Shown one piece after another: positions 16,698 to 34,762 of a DNA stretch of 64,000 bases. Source of the DNA: the human T2T-CHM13v2.0 reference genome, Homo sapiens. The notes beneath the pieces were generated by a model that saw nothing but the letters and a program-made list of their open reading frames with translations, was not told the DNA's origin and made no database searches. The position numbers and the translations under genes were made by a program. The stretch is taken from the NCBI RefSeq assembly GCF_009914755.1, contig NC_060936.1; one strand, 5' to 3'. Within the stretch, counting starts at the first letter, position 1. Every line of letters starts with the position of its first letter.

Positions 16698-18273
16698 TAG
16701 TATAAAATGTTTTTTTTAGCATACTGTGACTGTTGGCTGTAACAGTACTTTTTAAGGAAGTCTTTTTTCTTTTTGCTTTAGTTAGTATGTGCTTATTTTT
16801 TAAGAAATTATTTGCCATATAAAATCTTATACTTGACAACAGTAAAAAATTAGGTGCTGCTAAATTGCTTTATAAAGGAATTTACCACCGGGGTCCTGCT
16901 TATATTCAGCCTTCTGTTGAGCATTCGAGATATACATATATATTTATATTTATATACAGCTTTTCAGAAACACTAGAATAGTGAAGTGACTTCTGTAGAA
17001 TTTTAAGAAGTTCAAAGTCACATTTAAGGATTTTAAGCCTGGTTATAGTATATAAAATTTAGTATCTTAGGAAAAATGGTTAAATTTACATGATTACAAA
17101 TGTGTTTTTTGTTCTTAAAATGAGGAGTATAGGAAAACATTTAGCTTTGCTAATTCAATTAGTTAATGTACAGTATGGCATTATCTCATGAATGTAATAA
17201 TTTATGTTATCAGATAATTTGCGTGGAGTTCTCTTTAAGATGATCCAGATAATATTTACCAAAAAACATTTATTCAGTTCTAAAATTTGAGGATTCTAGT
17301 TTTCCCTTTATCTTGCTGCATGTAGGGATTATTTCTAGGATCAGTTTGTATATCCTTTCATTTATTTTGTATATCCTTTCATTTATTCATTTATATATCT
17401 GATATTTATTGAGAACATGCTAGGCACGGAACTATGTTTAGGAATACAAAGATAAATATAAATAGTCCCAGCTCATGTAATATCCTCTGGGAGAAAAAAT
17501 GTGTAAACAAATTTTTAGATTAGAATATGATAAAAGTTATAATAAAAACTTAAAAAGGTATTGTGATGCTCCTTTGAGCTCTAATTAGAAAAAACTATGG
17601 AACAGTTTATATGATACCATTGGGTGTTAGAGTAATATCTATTTAAAGAATGAAGGATTCTTAATAGAAAACTTGTACTATTTAAAAGGGGTCTGGTGTG
17701 ATCAAAAGAAGCATAACAGTTTGGAATTAGACTTTCTAAAGTCCCAAGGCCCTGCTGCTGCCTAGCTATTTTGCCTCAGAGAACAACTTCCTTAGCTTCT
17801 TTTTTGTCACCTGTGGAATTTAGAAGAATGATACCTCATATTTTAGAATTACATATAAGGAACCTTGCAAAGTACCTGAAAAATAGTATGTATTTTATGA
17901 ATGTCACAGCACATTCTGACTACCTTTTAGAATCTGGCTACTAGTTTACTTTGTAGAAAAAATGTAGAGAAGATTGTTGAAGAGACAAATATTCTCAAGG
18001 CTGGTGGGGAGATGACTGTGGGTCATGGATCTTTTAATATTTAAACTTAACTGTTCCTGTCTGCACAAAAGATAAAGTAATAAGCAGCCAGGTTTCCCTA
18101 AGGAGATAGTCTTGATTTGTCTTTTAACGTTTGATCGTACCCTTTATATAGTTCTTTAAAATAACTTAAAAATTATTAGGAAACAGTATAATCAATAAGT
18201 CATTATGCTGATACAAGTTTAACTGATTATTTTAATGAATTATAATAAAACTTGTATGTGTATTATGTTGTAG

Positions 18274-18378
<105 letters not shown>

Positions 18379-18499
18379 TAATGTAGGTGGAGATAGTTGG
18401 AAGGCTGAGGGGCAAGGAATTGATTTTTATGGGTGAAAATTAAATGAAACAAAAAATAATTGTTTTCGAGGCCTTGTTTATTTTTTTGCCTTGATTATA

Positions 18500-18733
18500 C
18501 CAGTTGTGTATCTTTTATTCGAAATGTTTAGGACAAGAAGTGTTTTGGATTTCAGATTTTTTTTTGGATTTTGGAATATTCGTATCATATACCACTTGAG
18601 GATCCCTAATCTGAAAATCCAAAATCTGAAATGCTCCAGAATCGTAAACTTCTGACCACCAACATGACGCTCAAAGGAAACGCTCATTGGAACATTTTGG
18701 ATTTCAGATTTTCGGATTAAGGATACTCACCTG
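18500..18733. mobile_element. Tigger4a/MER46-like MITE
   Basis: Similar to the 344-540 copy in opposite orientation; TA flanks; ends ggatactcacctg|ta. Confidence 0.75.
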
Positions 18734-18810
18734 TACTGTCTTGATTGCATTTTCAATTAAATTGTCTTTAATGAAATAGATTCTAAAATTTTCTTTGGAT
18801 ACCTGTTTGA

Positions 18811-18999
<189 letters not shown>

Positions 19000-19445
19000 T
19001 AATAGACCCGTTTAATAGCTTGGAACGTGGTTTTCTCATAGAATATTGCGGTAAACATACACTACTAGTTTATATTTTACATGAATTTCCATTTTTTTTC
19101 TGGTTAGTAATTAAAATGTCTGGTCCTAAAATTGTGTTGGATGTGATGGGAGCTGTGATACAAAAGACACTTTAGGGTAGATTACCATCTCAGAGCCATC
19201 ATTATAAATAGTGCTAGATATTTGAGGACATCAGCACATTAATATATGTGTGTGCACACATATATATATGTTTATCTGTGTTGATCTGTGATCCCTGAAA
19301 GTTTACTTTTGAAAGTCAACAATAGATAGTAATTTACTTAATGTTATTTATGCCCTTTTTGGGGCAGGGTTTGCTAATTATTTGATGTCCATATAAATAG
19401 GAACTTACTAAAAATATATTGAATCTTCTTAGAAATGGGCATTCA

Positions 19446-19763
<318 letters not shown>

Positions 19764-20618
19764 TCACTTGAAGGAATTATTTGAACTCGTATGCTATTTT
19801 TCTGTCTGTGGAAAAAGAGAAGTCTTTGAATTTACCTGGTTTTCAGAGCACAGTTAATTTCTCCTTTAGGGGAGAAGACTGAATGCTTAAGTAGTACAGT
19901 ATTATTAAACACATTTGGAGTAGGGAATTGGGAGAAAATGGAAAGTTAAGTTGGGATCATTTAAGTATACAGTGGGAAAGCATTGAAGATTTTGAGCCAA
20001 TGAGTGATATGATTGGAGCTCCATTATAGTGGGGTTATCAATATAGAAATGAAACATACAATTTTAAATTCCAAATGAAGAGTCATCCATGTAATGATCA
20101 TGTTTGTACCTTTGAGGATAAATAAAACTGAACTTTTGAGAGTAAACTCTTCCTTGACTTCTATCATCTATCAAATATTCATGTAACAGATGTGAATGTA
20201 TTTTATGTGTCAGGGACTGTGCTGGGCACTAGTGTGAGAAAAACACATTTCCTGCTTTCACAGTAATCACAGGGATATAGATGTTCATCAGTTAATTACA
20301 CTAATGAATGTAGATTACTGATGTCTGTTGATGAAATGAGCATAGAAGGATAGAAATCAGGATGGCAGAATAGTTACCCACTATTAAGAGTGGAAAGGAT
20401 TAAAAACAAAAGACTGTTAAAGAGATTTTTTTAAAAATGCAAAGAAACAGAAAAAACAAGGAGAGAGTACAATGTTTAAGCTACAAGATAAGTTCCCGAA
20501 AATCATTTGTTTCCATAATTGGGTAAATGAATACTGAGTAAAACGGGCACAAATTTGTCAAAATCATTAGTAATACTTGAGAGTTAGTGGGGTTGGAAAT
20601 GAATTTAGGGTTTTCATT

Positions 20619-20719
20619 TGTAGGTTGGAGTTAATCTTATGCTATTTCTGCCTGTAGGTTGGAATTAATCTTTTGCTATTTCCATCTGTAGGTTAGAATT
20701 AATTTTACTGTGCTATTTT
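20619..20719. repeat. Degenerate 34-bp minisatellite, 3 copies
   Basis: tgtaggttggagttaatcttatgctatttctgcc / tgtaggttggaattaatcttttgctatttccatc / tgtaggttagaattaatttt... Confidence 0.85.
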
Positions 20720-21437
20720 GACTTTAATCTCAGCTCATACCTCACTTTCTTAGGATTTTCTGAGTCAAGGGCTTTTTGTTATTTATTGTCAAAGCACACA
20801 TGTACTTAACATTCTGAGAAATTATTACAGTAGAGATTTAATAATTTATTTAACAATACTTGTTTAAAATGTTTGTCACCTGTTCTAGAATATAAACTTC
20901 GTGAAGACAAGGACCATGTCTAGCATGGGAGAAGGCACGTTGCCTTGTGTGTAAGAGGTGATTAGAAATATTTATGGATAGATAATTGAATATGTGGTAT
21001 CTTCAGGAAGGTTCAGAGAACACCATGTTTCTTACTTTAGTATCATTCTAGACCTGTAGATTAGCAATAAGTAATCTTACTGATGGAGGAACATAGAAAC
21101 TTCTCACTGGACCATGGCTTAAAAACTAGAGTCTTGAGTCTGGTTTTGTGATTCTCACTACAGCCCTTAGTCCTATCATGAGAATATTTTCCACTTTTTT
21201 CTTTTCTTTTTTCTTTTTTAGTAAAAATATGTAAGAGGAGCTTATAGAAAGTTTTGTGAACTTCAGCAATAAAAAATGTTATTTAAATATTTTCAGGTCC
21301 AATATGAAATAGACTTTTTAAATAGTACTTTATAGGTAGTACAAATAGATAACTGTGATACAGTAAAATTGATTTGAATTGATTTGAATTAATTTTTATA
21401 TTAACTTTTTTCAACTTTTTGAATTTTAATTTTATAG

Positions 21438-21650
<213 letters not shown>

Positions 21651-22326
21651 TAGATCTCTATTGGGGTTTTAGTTTTATTTTCCCTATAATTTCTTACTCT
21701 GCATTATCTGTAGGCTTAAGGTAAGGAAAAAATTAAATCATAAATGTAGCCAGGTGATACTTTTTCTTTATTTTAAAATAATATAAAAGCAGGACATGCT
21801 TATTTTGAAACATTTAAGCAATATAGAATGGATAAACTGAATATCCACCTTCATTTCTCTTTCCATTCCATTTTCTGGAGGCAGTTGCTAACAATGTAGT
21901 GTGATGGCTTTCAGATATCTTTGTATATAAACATGTATATTTACACACATATATTGCTTTTAAAAGCAGTATAGTAAAAATGGAGTAATATTATACATAG
22001 CATTTTGCACTGTGCTCATCACGTCAGTACATACAGATCTGCTTCAAGTTGATAGGGATACATCCATGTATATCATAACTTATTTAACCTTCTTCTGTTG
22101 ACCATTATTTAGGTTTTTCTAATTTTTCATTCTTACAAACAGTGCTGCAGTAACATCTTTACACATCTATCTCTGTAAATCTCAGACTTTCTGAAAACTT
22201 CCTTAAGGAGAAATTTCTAGGACAAGGAAATGTGAACATTTAAAATTGTGGTACATATTGCCTAGCACTCCAAAAACACTTCACTATTGATATTCCCACT
22301 GATAATTTATACGAATGCTGCTGTTA

Positions 22327-22994
22327 GCAGGGTGCAGTGGCTCATGCCTGTAATCCAGCACTTTGAGAGGCTAAGATAGGTAGATCACTTGAGGCAAAGC
22401 ATTTGAGACCAGCGTGGGCAACATGGCGAAACCTCATCTCTACTAATAATACCAAAATTAGCCGGGCATGGTGGCACATGCCTGAAGTCTCAGATGCTCA
22501 GGAGGCTGAGTGTATTAGTCTATTCTCATGCTGCTATGAAGAAATACCTGTGACTGGGTAATTTATAAAGGAAAGAGGTTTAATTGACTCACAGTTCTGC
22601 ATGGCTGGGGAGGCCTCAGGAAACTTATAATCATGGCGGAAGGTACCTCTTCACAGGGTGACGGGAAAGAATGAGTGCCCAGCGAAGCGGGAAGCCCTTA
22701 TAACAACCATCAGATCTTGTGAGAACTAACTCACTATCATGAGAACAGGGTAGGGGAAACTGCCCCCATGATTCAGTTATCTCCACCTGGTCCCTCTCAG
22801 GACATGTGGGGATTATGGGAACTATAATTCAAGATGAGATTTGGGTGGGGACAAAGCCAAGCTATATCACTGAGGCACAAGAATCACTTGAACCTAGGAG
22901 GTGGAGGTTGCAGTGAGCCGAGATCATGCCACTGCTCTCCAGCCTGGGTGACAAGAGCAAGACTCTGTCTCAAAAAAAAAAAAAAAAAAAAAAA
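22327..22994 (+). mobile_element. Old Alu (J or early S) interrupted by an LTR
   Basis: Alu 5' part to 22510; resumes at 22870 and runs to the poly(A) tail. Confidence 0.85.
22511..22869 (-). mobile_element. THE1 (C/D-like) ERVL-MaLR solo LTR
   Basis: tgtattagtc...tatatca termini (TG..CA), 359 bp, 5-bp TSD ctgag. Confidence 0.88.
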
Positions 22995-23309
22995 AGAACG
23001 CCGTTTTCCTTTCACCTTCCAGGCTGAGTTTTCCCATAGTGAGGTGAAGTGAAGAATCTGTTGAATTGTTAAGTGGCAGCAGGCGCATGTAGCCATGTGG
23101 ATTGAGAACCAACAGGCTTAGATGGGTCCTATATTTGATTTGCCATATGCGGAACTATTTTAATTACTTTTCTTAAGATACACCTATTTCCAGTTCTCTT
23201 GTATAATGGTTGCTAGTTCTCTTCAGTGCCAGAGTAGCAAAATATTACTTTCTCATAGGATAATCTAATAAAATTACAGATTACATTTATCAGTAGAGGA
23301 TTGTATTAA

Positions 23310-23604
<295 letters not shown>

Positions 23605-24167
23605 CAGCTCATTTTTATTGGAGCAGAAATTCCTAGTATTTAGAGATAAATATTCATGCTATTATGTAAGAATTGCTTTCTTATTATTACAAAATGAATA
23701 ATTTCCTAAATCTCCTAATCAACCAAGACCAAAAAGTAGTTTTTTTATTGGTGATGGTTACTAGAAATTTTAACCCAGCTGACGTGTGTTCATTGAGAAG
23801 GAGTATGTTTCTAAGTCCCTAATACCTATTCAGCCCACAGAAACTTGGTCACACATCTGTGAACAGGTGTTTCTGGGAGGAATTGGTTTCTTTTTTCTGT
23901 TAGAGTTGTTGGAGGTTAGGAGACTAATAATTGTGGTAGGGAAATTAGATTAGTGGCATTGATTATTAGTCGTTTTAGCTAATGTCAAAAAGAAAAAAGT
24001 TATATTGACCTTGAACATTGGTAGTGTATGAATTATTAATCTTAATTAATTTTTAAGCACAATGAAATACAAAATTGAAAGGAGAGTAGTATTGGCATGG
24101 TTTATTTGGGAGGCATTTTGTGCTTTAGAAATCTTTATTAAAAGTAGCCTTAAAATTTTCTGTCTAG

Positions 24168-24284
<117 letters not shown>

Positions 24285-25690
24285 TGATAAAAGTGTTGGG
24301 AAATCAGGTACAGATCCCTACAGTCTATCTCATATATTAACTATTTCACACTAATAAGCAGCTCATGTGAAAGCCTGAGCTCAGCTTTACTCCACTCATG
24401 TAATTTTTTTACCCCCAAAATTTGTAAGTATGATTAGACTGTTGCTGCAGAAATAATTGATAGACTATAGGCTAATCACGTAAATAAAACCTCTTCAATT
24501 ATAATTAAAGTTATTTAATAACTAAATCTCAAAGGTCATATTAATAATTGTAAACTGGTAAGTACTTACTGAATACCTGCTCTGTTCAAGGCACTGTTTT
24601 GGGCTTCTAAAAGGCTCCCACAAGTTCCAGTCTAAATGTGAAGGTATAAAATATTTACATGAAAAGTTATTAAGTTCTATGTTACACCATTTTACTTGTG
24701 CATATAATGTATTGTCCTTCTGCCCTTACGAGTGGAACTTGTCTTCTGATATGTAGTACTTTTATATTTAAAAGTAAGAACTACATTTCATAATCATCGC
24801 TTAACAAAACTTTATACTTATTTGAGCTTTTCACATACATTATATGTTCACAATAACCCTGTGAGATAGGCATGTAATCGTTTTAAAGATGAAAAAAGAG
24901 AAACTTAGAGAAAGAAGTAAGTCATGTTTCTGGGACTTAAACCAGGGTTATTTAGCTATAAGTCCAAATGGGTTTTATATTCTTGAAAGTTTATATTAAC
25001 ACCAAACAGTAAAATCTTATTGACTATATTTTGGGAAAATTCTGCCTTGTGAGATTGATTTATTCATTTATCAAGCATTTACTAAGCATCTGTTATGCCA
25101 CATTTTCTGTTAGGTGCTGGGAATACCAACCCCTTTGCTTTCAGGAGACTTTAGGTTTACTAGTGGGTAATACGTTATAAGCATTTCATTCTGGAGTAAA
25201 GTTTTTTCAGTTAATTGATTTGCATATTAGACATTTCTATTATGTTTTAGTACAAGAACTTGGAGGATTTTACCTTTGTAAATGTTTTATTATAAACCAT
25301 TCAATATTAAGTATTGTCAAATAAGTACAAATAAGTTTTCTTCAAGTGGACATTTAATATTAAGCGGCAAACTTATGGAGCAATAGTTCTTAACCTTTTT
25401 TGAGAATCTGAGGAAAACTCCAGGATGATTGTTCCAGAACTAATGCCTATATGACATACGTACACAATTTTGTGTATGATATGCTAGAGTCCATGTGCTT
25501 AAAGCTTGGGTCTATGGACCTCAGATTAAGAGCTGTCCTTCTAGAGCAGTGTTACTTAAGTTTTATTTATACACATACCCAGAATTTTTGCATCCTGTTA
25601 ATACTGCCTTCACTATTGTTACATGTTTTTATTTTTTTTGAGAGTATAATTTTTCCTTAGAAATAACAGTTGTTAAATCATAGTCCTTAA

Positions 25691-26152
<462 letters not shown>

Positions 26153-26899
26153 CAATACAAATTCTTTACCTCTGCTTATAAAACACTGTAATGTGCTTTT
26201 GAGTCTGATAAATATCTTGAGAAAAGGTGTAAAGAATCTGGGAGCAAAATGGAAGCCTTTTTGACTAATAACTTGCCTGCTGAAATAATAATAATTAACA
26301 TTTATTGAGCATTTACTGTGCCATGGCTATTCTTAGTGCTTTATATGTTTTAACTCACGTGAATCTTACCACAACATTTATGAAATATTTCTTCCCTTCA
26401 TTCACTGCACAGGTATTCATTCAGTACAACAAATGTTTCTAGGTGCTGATGATATTTATGACAGTAAACAAAGTCTCTGTCCTTATTGAGCTTAATTTAC
26501 CAGATGAGAAGACTGAGATACAGAGAGGTAACATAACATAATTTGTAGGTCTCTTAGCTAACATGTGGGAGACCAGATTTGAACCCAGGTGGCCTGGCTT
26601 CAGAGCTTTTACTCTTAATTGCCGCTCTATACTAGGCTCTCCTATTTTGCTTCCTCAGACTTTGGTCTGATGATTTGGAGGAAAACAAACTTGTCATTTG
26701 ACTTTTTAAAGATGCACATTAAAAAAATTTCAATGTCATTTCTCATATTGGGACAGGCCTTAAAATAGATTCAATGTTAACTGCTATGTAGGGTTGTTAA
26801 AAACATAAGATAATGTATGTAAAATGTATGTTACTCATGATTATGAAATGTTAACTTGTTTTTACATTTCCGTCTGTTCTTTCTTTCAAGTAATTTCAA

Positions 26900-28170
<1,271 letters not shown>

Positions 28171-28543
28171 TTTCTTGATATCACTTCCAATTGTGTATGT
28201 GGCGGAGATTGAATCTCAATGTGAGAGGAGAAATTATTGATATTATAATTTTAAGCTTGACCATTTTAATGTAGTCAGCATTTAATGATTTTAGTTTATC
28301 AAATGAAAATAACATTTACTTTTAAATATTTAATATAGTTATATATAAGTATGTATGTTTATATTTTAAGTGTAGAAATATGTAACAGTTTTACTTTTTA
28401 TGATAAGAACTGAAGTAAAATATAGCAAAATATTTTGGTTCTTAGGAGTGGAAACCTTGTAATTTACTACTGTATGTAACTATATTCCTATTAGAATTTA
28501 GAGTTATTTATATAAATATCTGATTTTTTTGTGTGGTTTTTAA

Positions 28544-28693
<150 letters not shown>

Positions 28694-29022
28694 TAGATAA
28701 GGTGTTTGTTCTTGATATATTTTGAGATAAAATATGGAAGAAAACTATTAATTCTACTAGATTTTTCTCAAATTTTAAGACTGCAGCAGACTTCTGAAAA
28801 TATTTCTCTTAAGTTAATTTATCAATATGGTTTATGAATGCATGTAAAGATTACATGATTTTAAGGATTAAAATATTCATATCTAAAATTCAATTTGGAA
28901 CTAAAGTGGTGATATGAATAATATTACTGAAATGCACAGTTGTTTCCAAATACATAGTTGAAAATTTTAGAGTCCTGCAGTACCACTTTTATATCTGTGT
29001 CAATTGCACATATTTTACTTGA

Positions 29023-29142
<120 letters not shown>

Positions 29143-31743
29143 TAATCTAAATTTGGAAATATAAAAAAGTGTGTTTATAAAAAACATTCTGAAGAGAAGA
29201 CCAGAGGGTAATATGTAATTTTTATGCCACTGTTTTTATTATACAAAATTATGGCCTCAGTTTATGAAGTATAATTTTTAAGACTTCAGTATTCTAAGAC
29301 CTTTCCAGCTTCTAGAACATGCTGTCCAGTATTTCAGCCACTAGCCACACATGGCTCTTGAGCACCTAAAATTTGGCTGGTCCACACTGAGATGTGCTCA
29401 AGTATAAAGTACATAACTAACCTTGAAGATTTAGTATAAAAGGAGGAATGCCAAATACCTCAATCATAAAATTCATTTCACCTATTTTCTTTTTACTTTT
29501 TAAAATATTTCTCTTCACCAACAGTGTTCTAGAATGCCAGTCCTTTCTTATATGTAATCTATAGCAGCACTGTAGCCACTACCATATATGGCCGGTAAAC
29601 ACTTAAAATATGGCAAATGCGACTGGGGAATTGAAGTGTAAATTTTATCTTAATTTAAATTTAAATAGCTAATGTCTGTCTTATTGAACAGTGCAGGACT
29701 TGAGTCAGTTGTGATTTGTAACATAAAACGAGAGGCATGCAGAATTGCTAAGAATATGTTTAGAAAACTGTATGTTTTATTCACACTTATAGCAGGTTAT
29801 TGAATCAGGCATGAAGGGGCACCCCTGGGCAAGGGGGAGACAATTTGATCAAAAAGAATAATGATAGATAAAAATCTGTTGAATAAAAAAAATCAATGAG
29901 TCATAATGATAAGAAGGGTTATCATAAGAAGATCATAATGATAAGAGAATGAAAGTCATTTCTTTATGGAAGAATGCTTGTTAAATTTAGGGGGGAAATT
30001 GTAACCATCACTGTAATACTTGAAATCAAGCAAGAATCCCCAGTGGTTTCTAAAACATTAGGTGAAAAGTTTTTAGAGAACAGAGGATTCATTCAGTAAT
30101 TCATCCCATAAAATTGCTTATTAATTACAAAGGAGAAAACTGTCTTTACAGTGGAGAAATATATTCCACCTTGGCCAAGTGATCAAACTTAGCATCACCA
30201 GTAATGGAGCAGACAGATGTAATGTGGCCTCTTGATGCAATGTAATGTCAAGTACCTAGTTTGTATTCTTGCCAGAAATGTTTATCCTGAATTTATTAGG
30301 AGGAAATGTCCTGAAAAATTTAGAATGTGAGCATTTTATGAAACACTTGGCCTGGACAAAAAATACACGGAGATTGTTCTAGATTAGGAGAATAAAGAGA
30401 CCTGATAATCACATGTAATGGGTGATACTTAATCATATCCTAGATAAGGAAAGAAACAGCTGTAAAGGACATTTGAGGAATAATTGGGGGACATTTGAAC
30501 ATGGATTGTATATTAGTTAATACTGTATTATATTCTTGGGTATAACAGTGTTTTGTGGCTTTGTAGAAAAATGTTTTCATTCTTAATAGATTCATGCTAA
30601 AGCATTAATGGGCTAAGTGATAAAAGGTCCACAACTTTCAAGTGTTTCAGAAAAATAGAGAAAACAGTTGTGTCAAAATGTTAACAAGTGGTGAATCTAG
30701 TTGAAGGGTATACGGGTGTTCATTATACTATATTTTAACTTTTTGATAGGCTTGAAATCTTAAAAAATAAAAAAGTATATGGGAAAATGCATGCATTTCT
30801 GTGAGAATAAGGCCCCAGCACAGAAGCTTTGCTCTGGAATAGTCTGTTAGATAGCTTAAGCTCTTTGCCAGATTACATAAGCCATTTACAAAGTTAAGCC
30901 ATTTGAAGTCATGTGCCTGAAAATGGTTTAAATAGTTTCTGATGTGTGTCTCAAAGGAAAGGATCAGACCTTTACCTTATGTTAAATGATGCCATTCACT
31001 CCGAAAGTGTTGACCATTTAAAAAATATTTTGAAGCAGTGTGAGGAAATCAGAGAGTAGGATATTGTCTTCTAAGATCTCTAGGGTAAAGCTGACTGCTA
31101 GTTGGAAGATCCAGATTGGTGCAAGGGAGTGGTTGATTGAAGTCAAGGAAATGTAGGGTCATGATAATGAATAGATTATCTGCATAGACAGGGGAGAACT
31201 GGAGCAGGCATCCTAATCCTGCGTAATTGTAGGACGGTGGTTAAAAGGTTAGTAGATGTCTGCTGTTAGGAAGAAGTAGTTGAGTATTTGGGTAGTTAGA
31301 TATAGTTGGATTATGTGAGTCACAAAGGAAGATTTCTTTCTTACAGTGGTGGAGGAATAATAATTGAAAGTGGTAGTAGCTGTACATGAGGGATGCAGGA
31401 GAAAAAGCAGCTGATGTTTTTGAAGGTTGAGAGGGAAACTGAGTTCTTGAAAAAAGAGCCAGGTTTATGTTGAGGTAAGGGGATGTAGGAGAAACGTTAG
31501 AGATTTAAGGGGAAGAGGAAATATTTACAATGAAGAGGAGTTCTACAGGCCTCACTGTGGGAAGAAGAAATACAGAACTATTATTTTAAGTCCCAAGATG
31601 TTCTAATAGTCTATTTTTGGGACTAAATTTACTAATATTGATCAGTTTTCTGTCCATGAGAAAATAAGTTTATTCTGAACTCCAAGAAAATTTTCTTAGA
31701 AGTGTCTTACAGTGTTTCCTGCTTTTCAAGTGTTCTTATCTAA

Positions 31744-31983
<240 letters not shown>

Positions 31984-32167
31984 TAAAATGAATTTTTTTT
32001 TTAAAAAGAGTATGCACAAATAGATCTGGTTTCTTTGTAACACGAAATGCATACAGACTACACTATTAATTTCCTGGTTGCATATAAAACTAAATGTGAT
32101 CTCAGTGAATGTGACATAGAATTTTTTATTTGTTAGCCATGCTGAAGGACACTTTCTTACTGTTAAA

Positions 32168-32468
32168 TTTTTTTTTTCTTCTGAGATGGGGTCTTGCCCT
32201 GTCACCCAGGCTGGAGTGCAGTGGTGTGATCATGGCTTACTCAGGCTTGACCTCCTGGGCTCAAGCCAGCCCCCTGCCTCAGCCTCCCTAGTAGCTAGGA
32301 CTACAGGTGTGCACCACCATGCCTAATTTTGGTAATTTGTTTTCTTTTTTAAGATATGGGGTCTCACTGTGTAGCCTAAGCTGGTCTTGAACTCCTGGGC
32401 TCAAGCAGTCCTCTTGCCTTGGCCTCCCAAAGTGCTGAGATTACAGGCATGAGCCACCACGTATGGCC
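32168..32468 (-). mobile_element. AluJ
   Basis: Diverged dimer with J-type ctcctgggctcaagc in both arms. Confidence 0.85.
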
Positions 32469-33664
32469 TAAGATAGATTCTTATTTTTTTTAAATAATTA
32501 CTGGAGAAATTTGAGTATTTTTTAAGTTATATGAGTATATGCCATAGAATCTTTGGGCAGAATTATTAATATATAATCATTTTAAGTGCTTAATGTAGAA
32601 TAACTTTAGCTGTTATTATAGTTTTTTCTAACACATTTCTTAAAGCATATTGTTTCAAGATAACTTCTTTCTATTCAGTAGTAAATACTAACATCTGGAC
32701 TAAATTTTTAATGCTTCTTAGAGTATGTAACGTGTTCTTGCTGTAACTCTGTAGTTGCTATCTAAAAATAGTTCAAGTTATCAAAAATTGCATTATAAAA
32801 ACAGCTGTTCCATTAGGGAAAATGGAGTTAAGAATTTTTGAGAGGTATATATTAGTAATAAGAGTTGTTTTGGCTTAAGGTTCCTATAAAGTTTAAAAAA
32901 AATTGTAAGTAGATAGCTTTAAAATCTAAATATCACCCAGCAGATGAAGCTCTTTATTATATTTAATTTTGATCAAGAATAGTGACTTTTCATATTGCTG
33001 CCCAAGTTGTTAACACATCTTCTTACATATTAAAACCATTATTACCTATTGAAAGTAGCTAATAGCCTATAAACAGCTTTTTTCCATGAATTTTGTTTCT
33101 TTTATACATTTGTTAATTTTCTATCATAATTGTATTTTAACTATGATATAGCAAAAAATGTTCATATTCATCTTGTAAGAATCTTTTCATCTTAAGATAG
33201 TGTCAAACTGGAGGGAGAGTGTCATATTTGGTAATACTATAGTTAACTTGGGGTGAGTTCTCACCATATTTTTTTAATTTGAAGGGCAATGTACTCAAAC
33301 CATTGTAGACAGCAGTTAACCCATTGGTAAGCTTAGGAAAAAGTCTGGAGTTTTACAAGGCAGTTGTCAGAATTCGCTTAGTGATGGAGAAAACAAAGTG
33401 GATTAAAAGCACTACAAAGAAGTATAGAATACTGTTCTTGTACTTGTGTTTGTAGTGTAGTTCCAGAAAAAAGACAAGCATAAATGAGATTTCTAAAAAA
33501 GATTGAATTAATGATTGATAAAAAATTCACAAACAGGTGATTAATTGCTGAATAAGTTTCACAGTCAAAAAAATGAAACTTGGTTTTGTTTCCAGCGTAG
33601 GCTATTATAGTACTTAGCACACTGTATATCATAATTAGTTTTTAAACACTTCTGCATTTACTCT

Positions 33665-33910
33665 TCTAGAGCTGTGCTATCCATGTATAGTCACATGTGG
33701 CTACTTAAGTTAATTAAAATTTCATAAAATTAAAATCATAAGGCAGGGCGAAAAAAATAAAAATACCTTTTTAAAAATTAAAAATTCAGCTTGTCAGTCA
33801 CACTAGCCTCATTTCAAGTGCTCAGTGGCCGCTTGTGATTAGTGGCTTACTGTATGTACTGGATGGTGCAGATACACATTTCTGTCCCTGCCAACAGTGT
33901 TGCTCTAGAC
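33665..33910. mobile_element. MER3/MER33-like hAT-Charlie relic (related copies near 29310-29530, 47185-47350, 59370-59640)
   Basis: tctaga flanks with gctgtcc..., tagtcacatgtggctac and gtcacactagcc motifs. Confidence 0.55.
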
Positions 33911-34565
33911 TGTGAACTCTAGATAGAAATCATTTGTTTAATCATAAGTACTTAATAATGCCTGGTATATTGTAAGCTTCAGTAAATCTTTGTTGAATAA
34001 AAGATATGATTAGATAAGTCATTTTGGAAGAGCTGAATTTTCAAGAGACGTACTGTTTTGAGGATTCACACTTAAGAACATGAAAAGAAATAGTATTTTC
34101 GAATGAATTAGGTAGGTGTAAGTAAGGACTGTCTTGCATATGTTTTTAAGAGTACTTGTGCTTTGAAATAAAGCAGGCCTACTTTGCTAACTCCAGCATT
34201 CACTTAATATATGACTTTGGGTGAGATAATAAATCTCCCAAGCCTCGGTGTCCTTCTCTGTAAAATGTGCATAATATTTTATAATGAGATATACAAGGCA
34301 CTGTTCTTGGGCTAAGTAGTGATTGAGGGAGTGCCCATATTTAAAGGACTTGGAAAGGAGATCCATGAAGATACACTTGTATAGATTGTATCTTCACCAA
34401 GAGGGTACCTAAGGCAAATGTTTCAGATGAAAAGGACAGGAATCTAGATTCTATTCTATTCTATTTATAGTGATTCTATTTATAATTTTTAAAATGTCTG
34501 TTATAGGAATTCTGAAGATTTTCTTAGCAAAATTGTTTTTCTAACATGTTGTTACATCTTTTTAG

Positions 34566-34700
<135 letters not shown>

Positions 34701-34762
34701 TGACCTTGTAATGGATTCTTAGAAACATCTGCTTGAGAATAGGTCTATATGTTCTTTATAGA

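Noticed and set aside
20619-20719. Repeat with a CRISPR-like unit length
   Set aside because: Units are adjacent with no unique spacers, there are no cas genes, and the context is a human intron.
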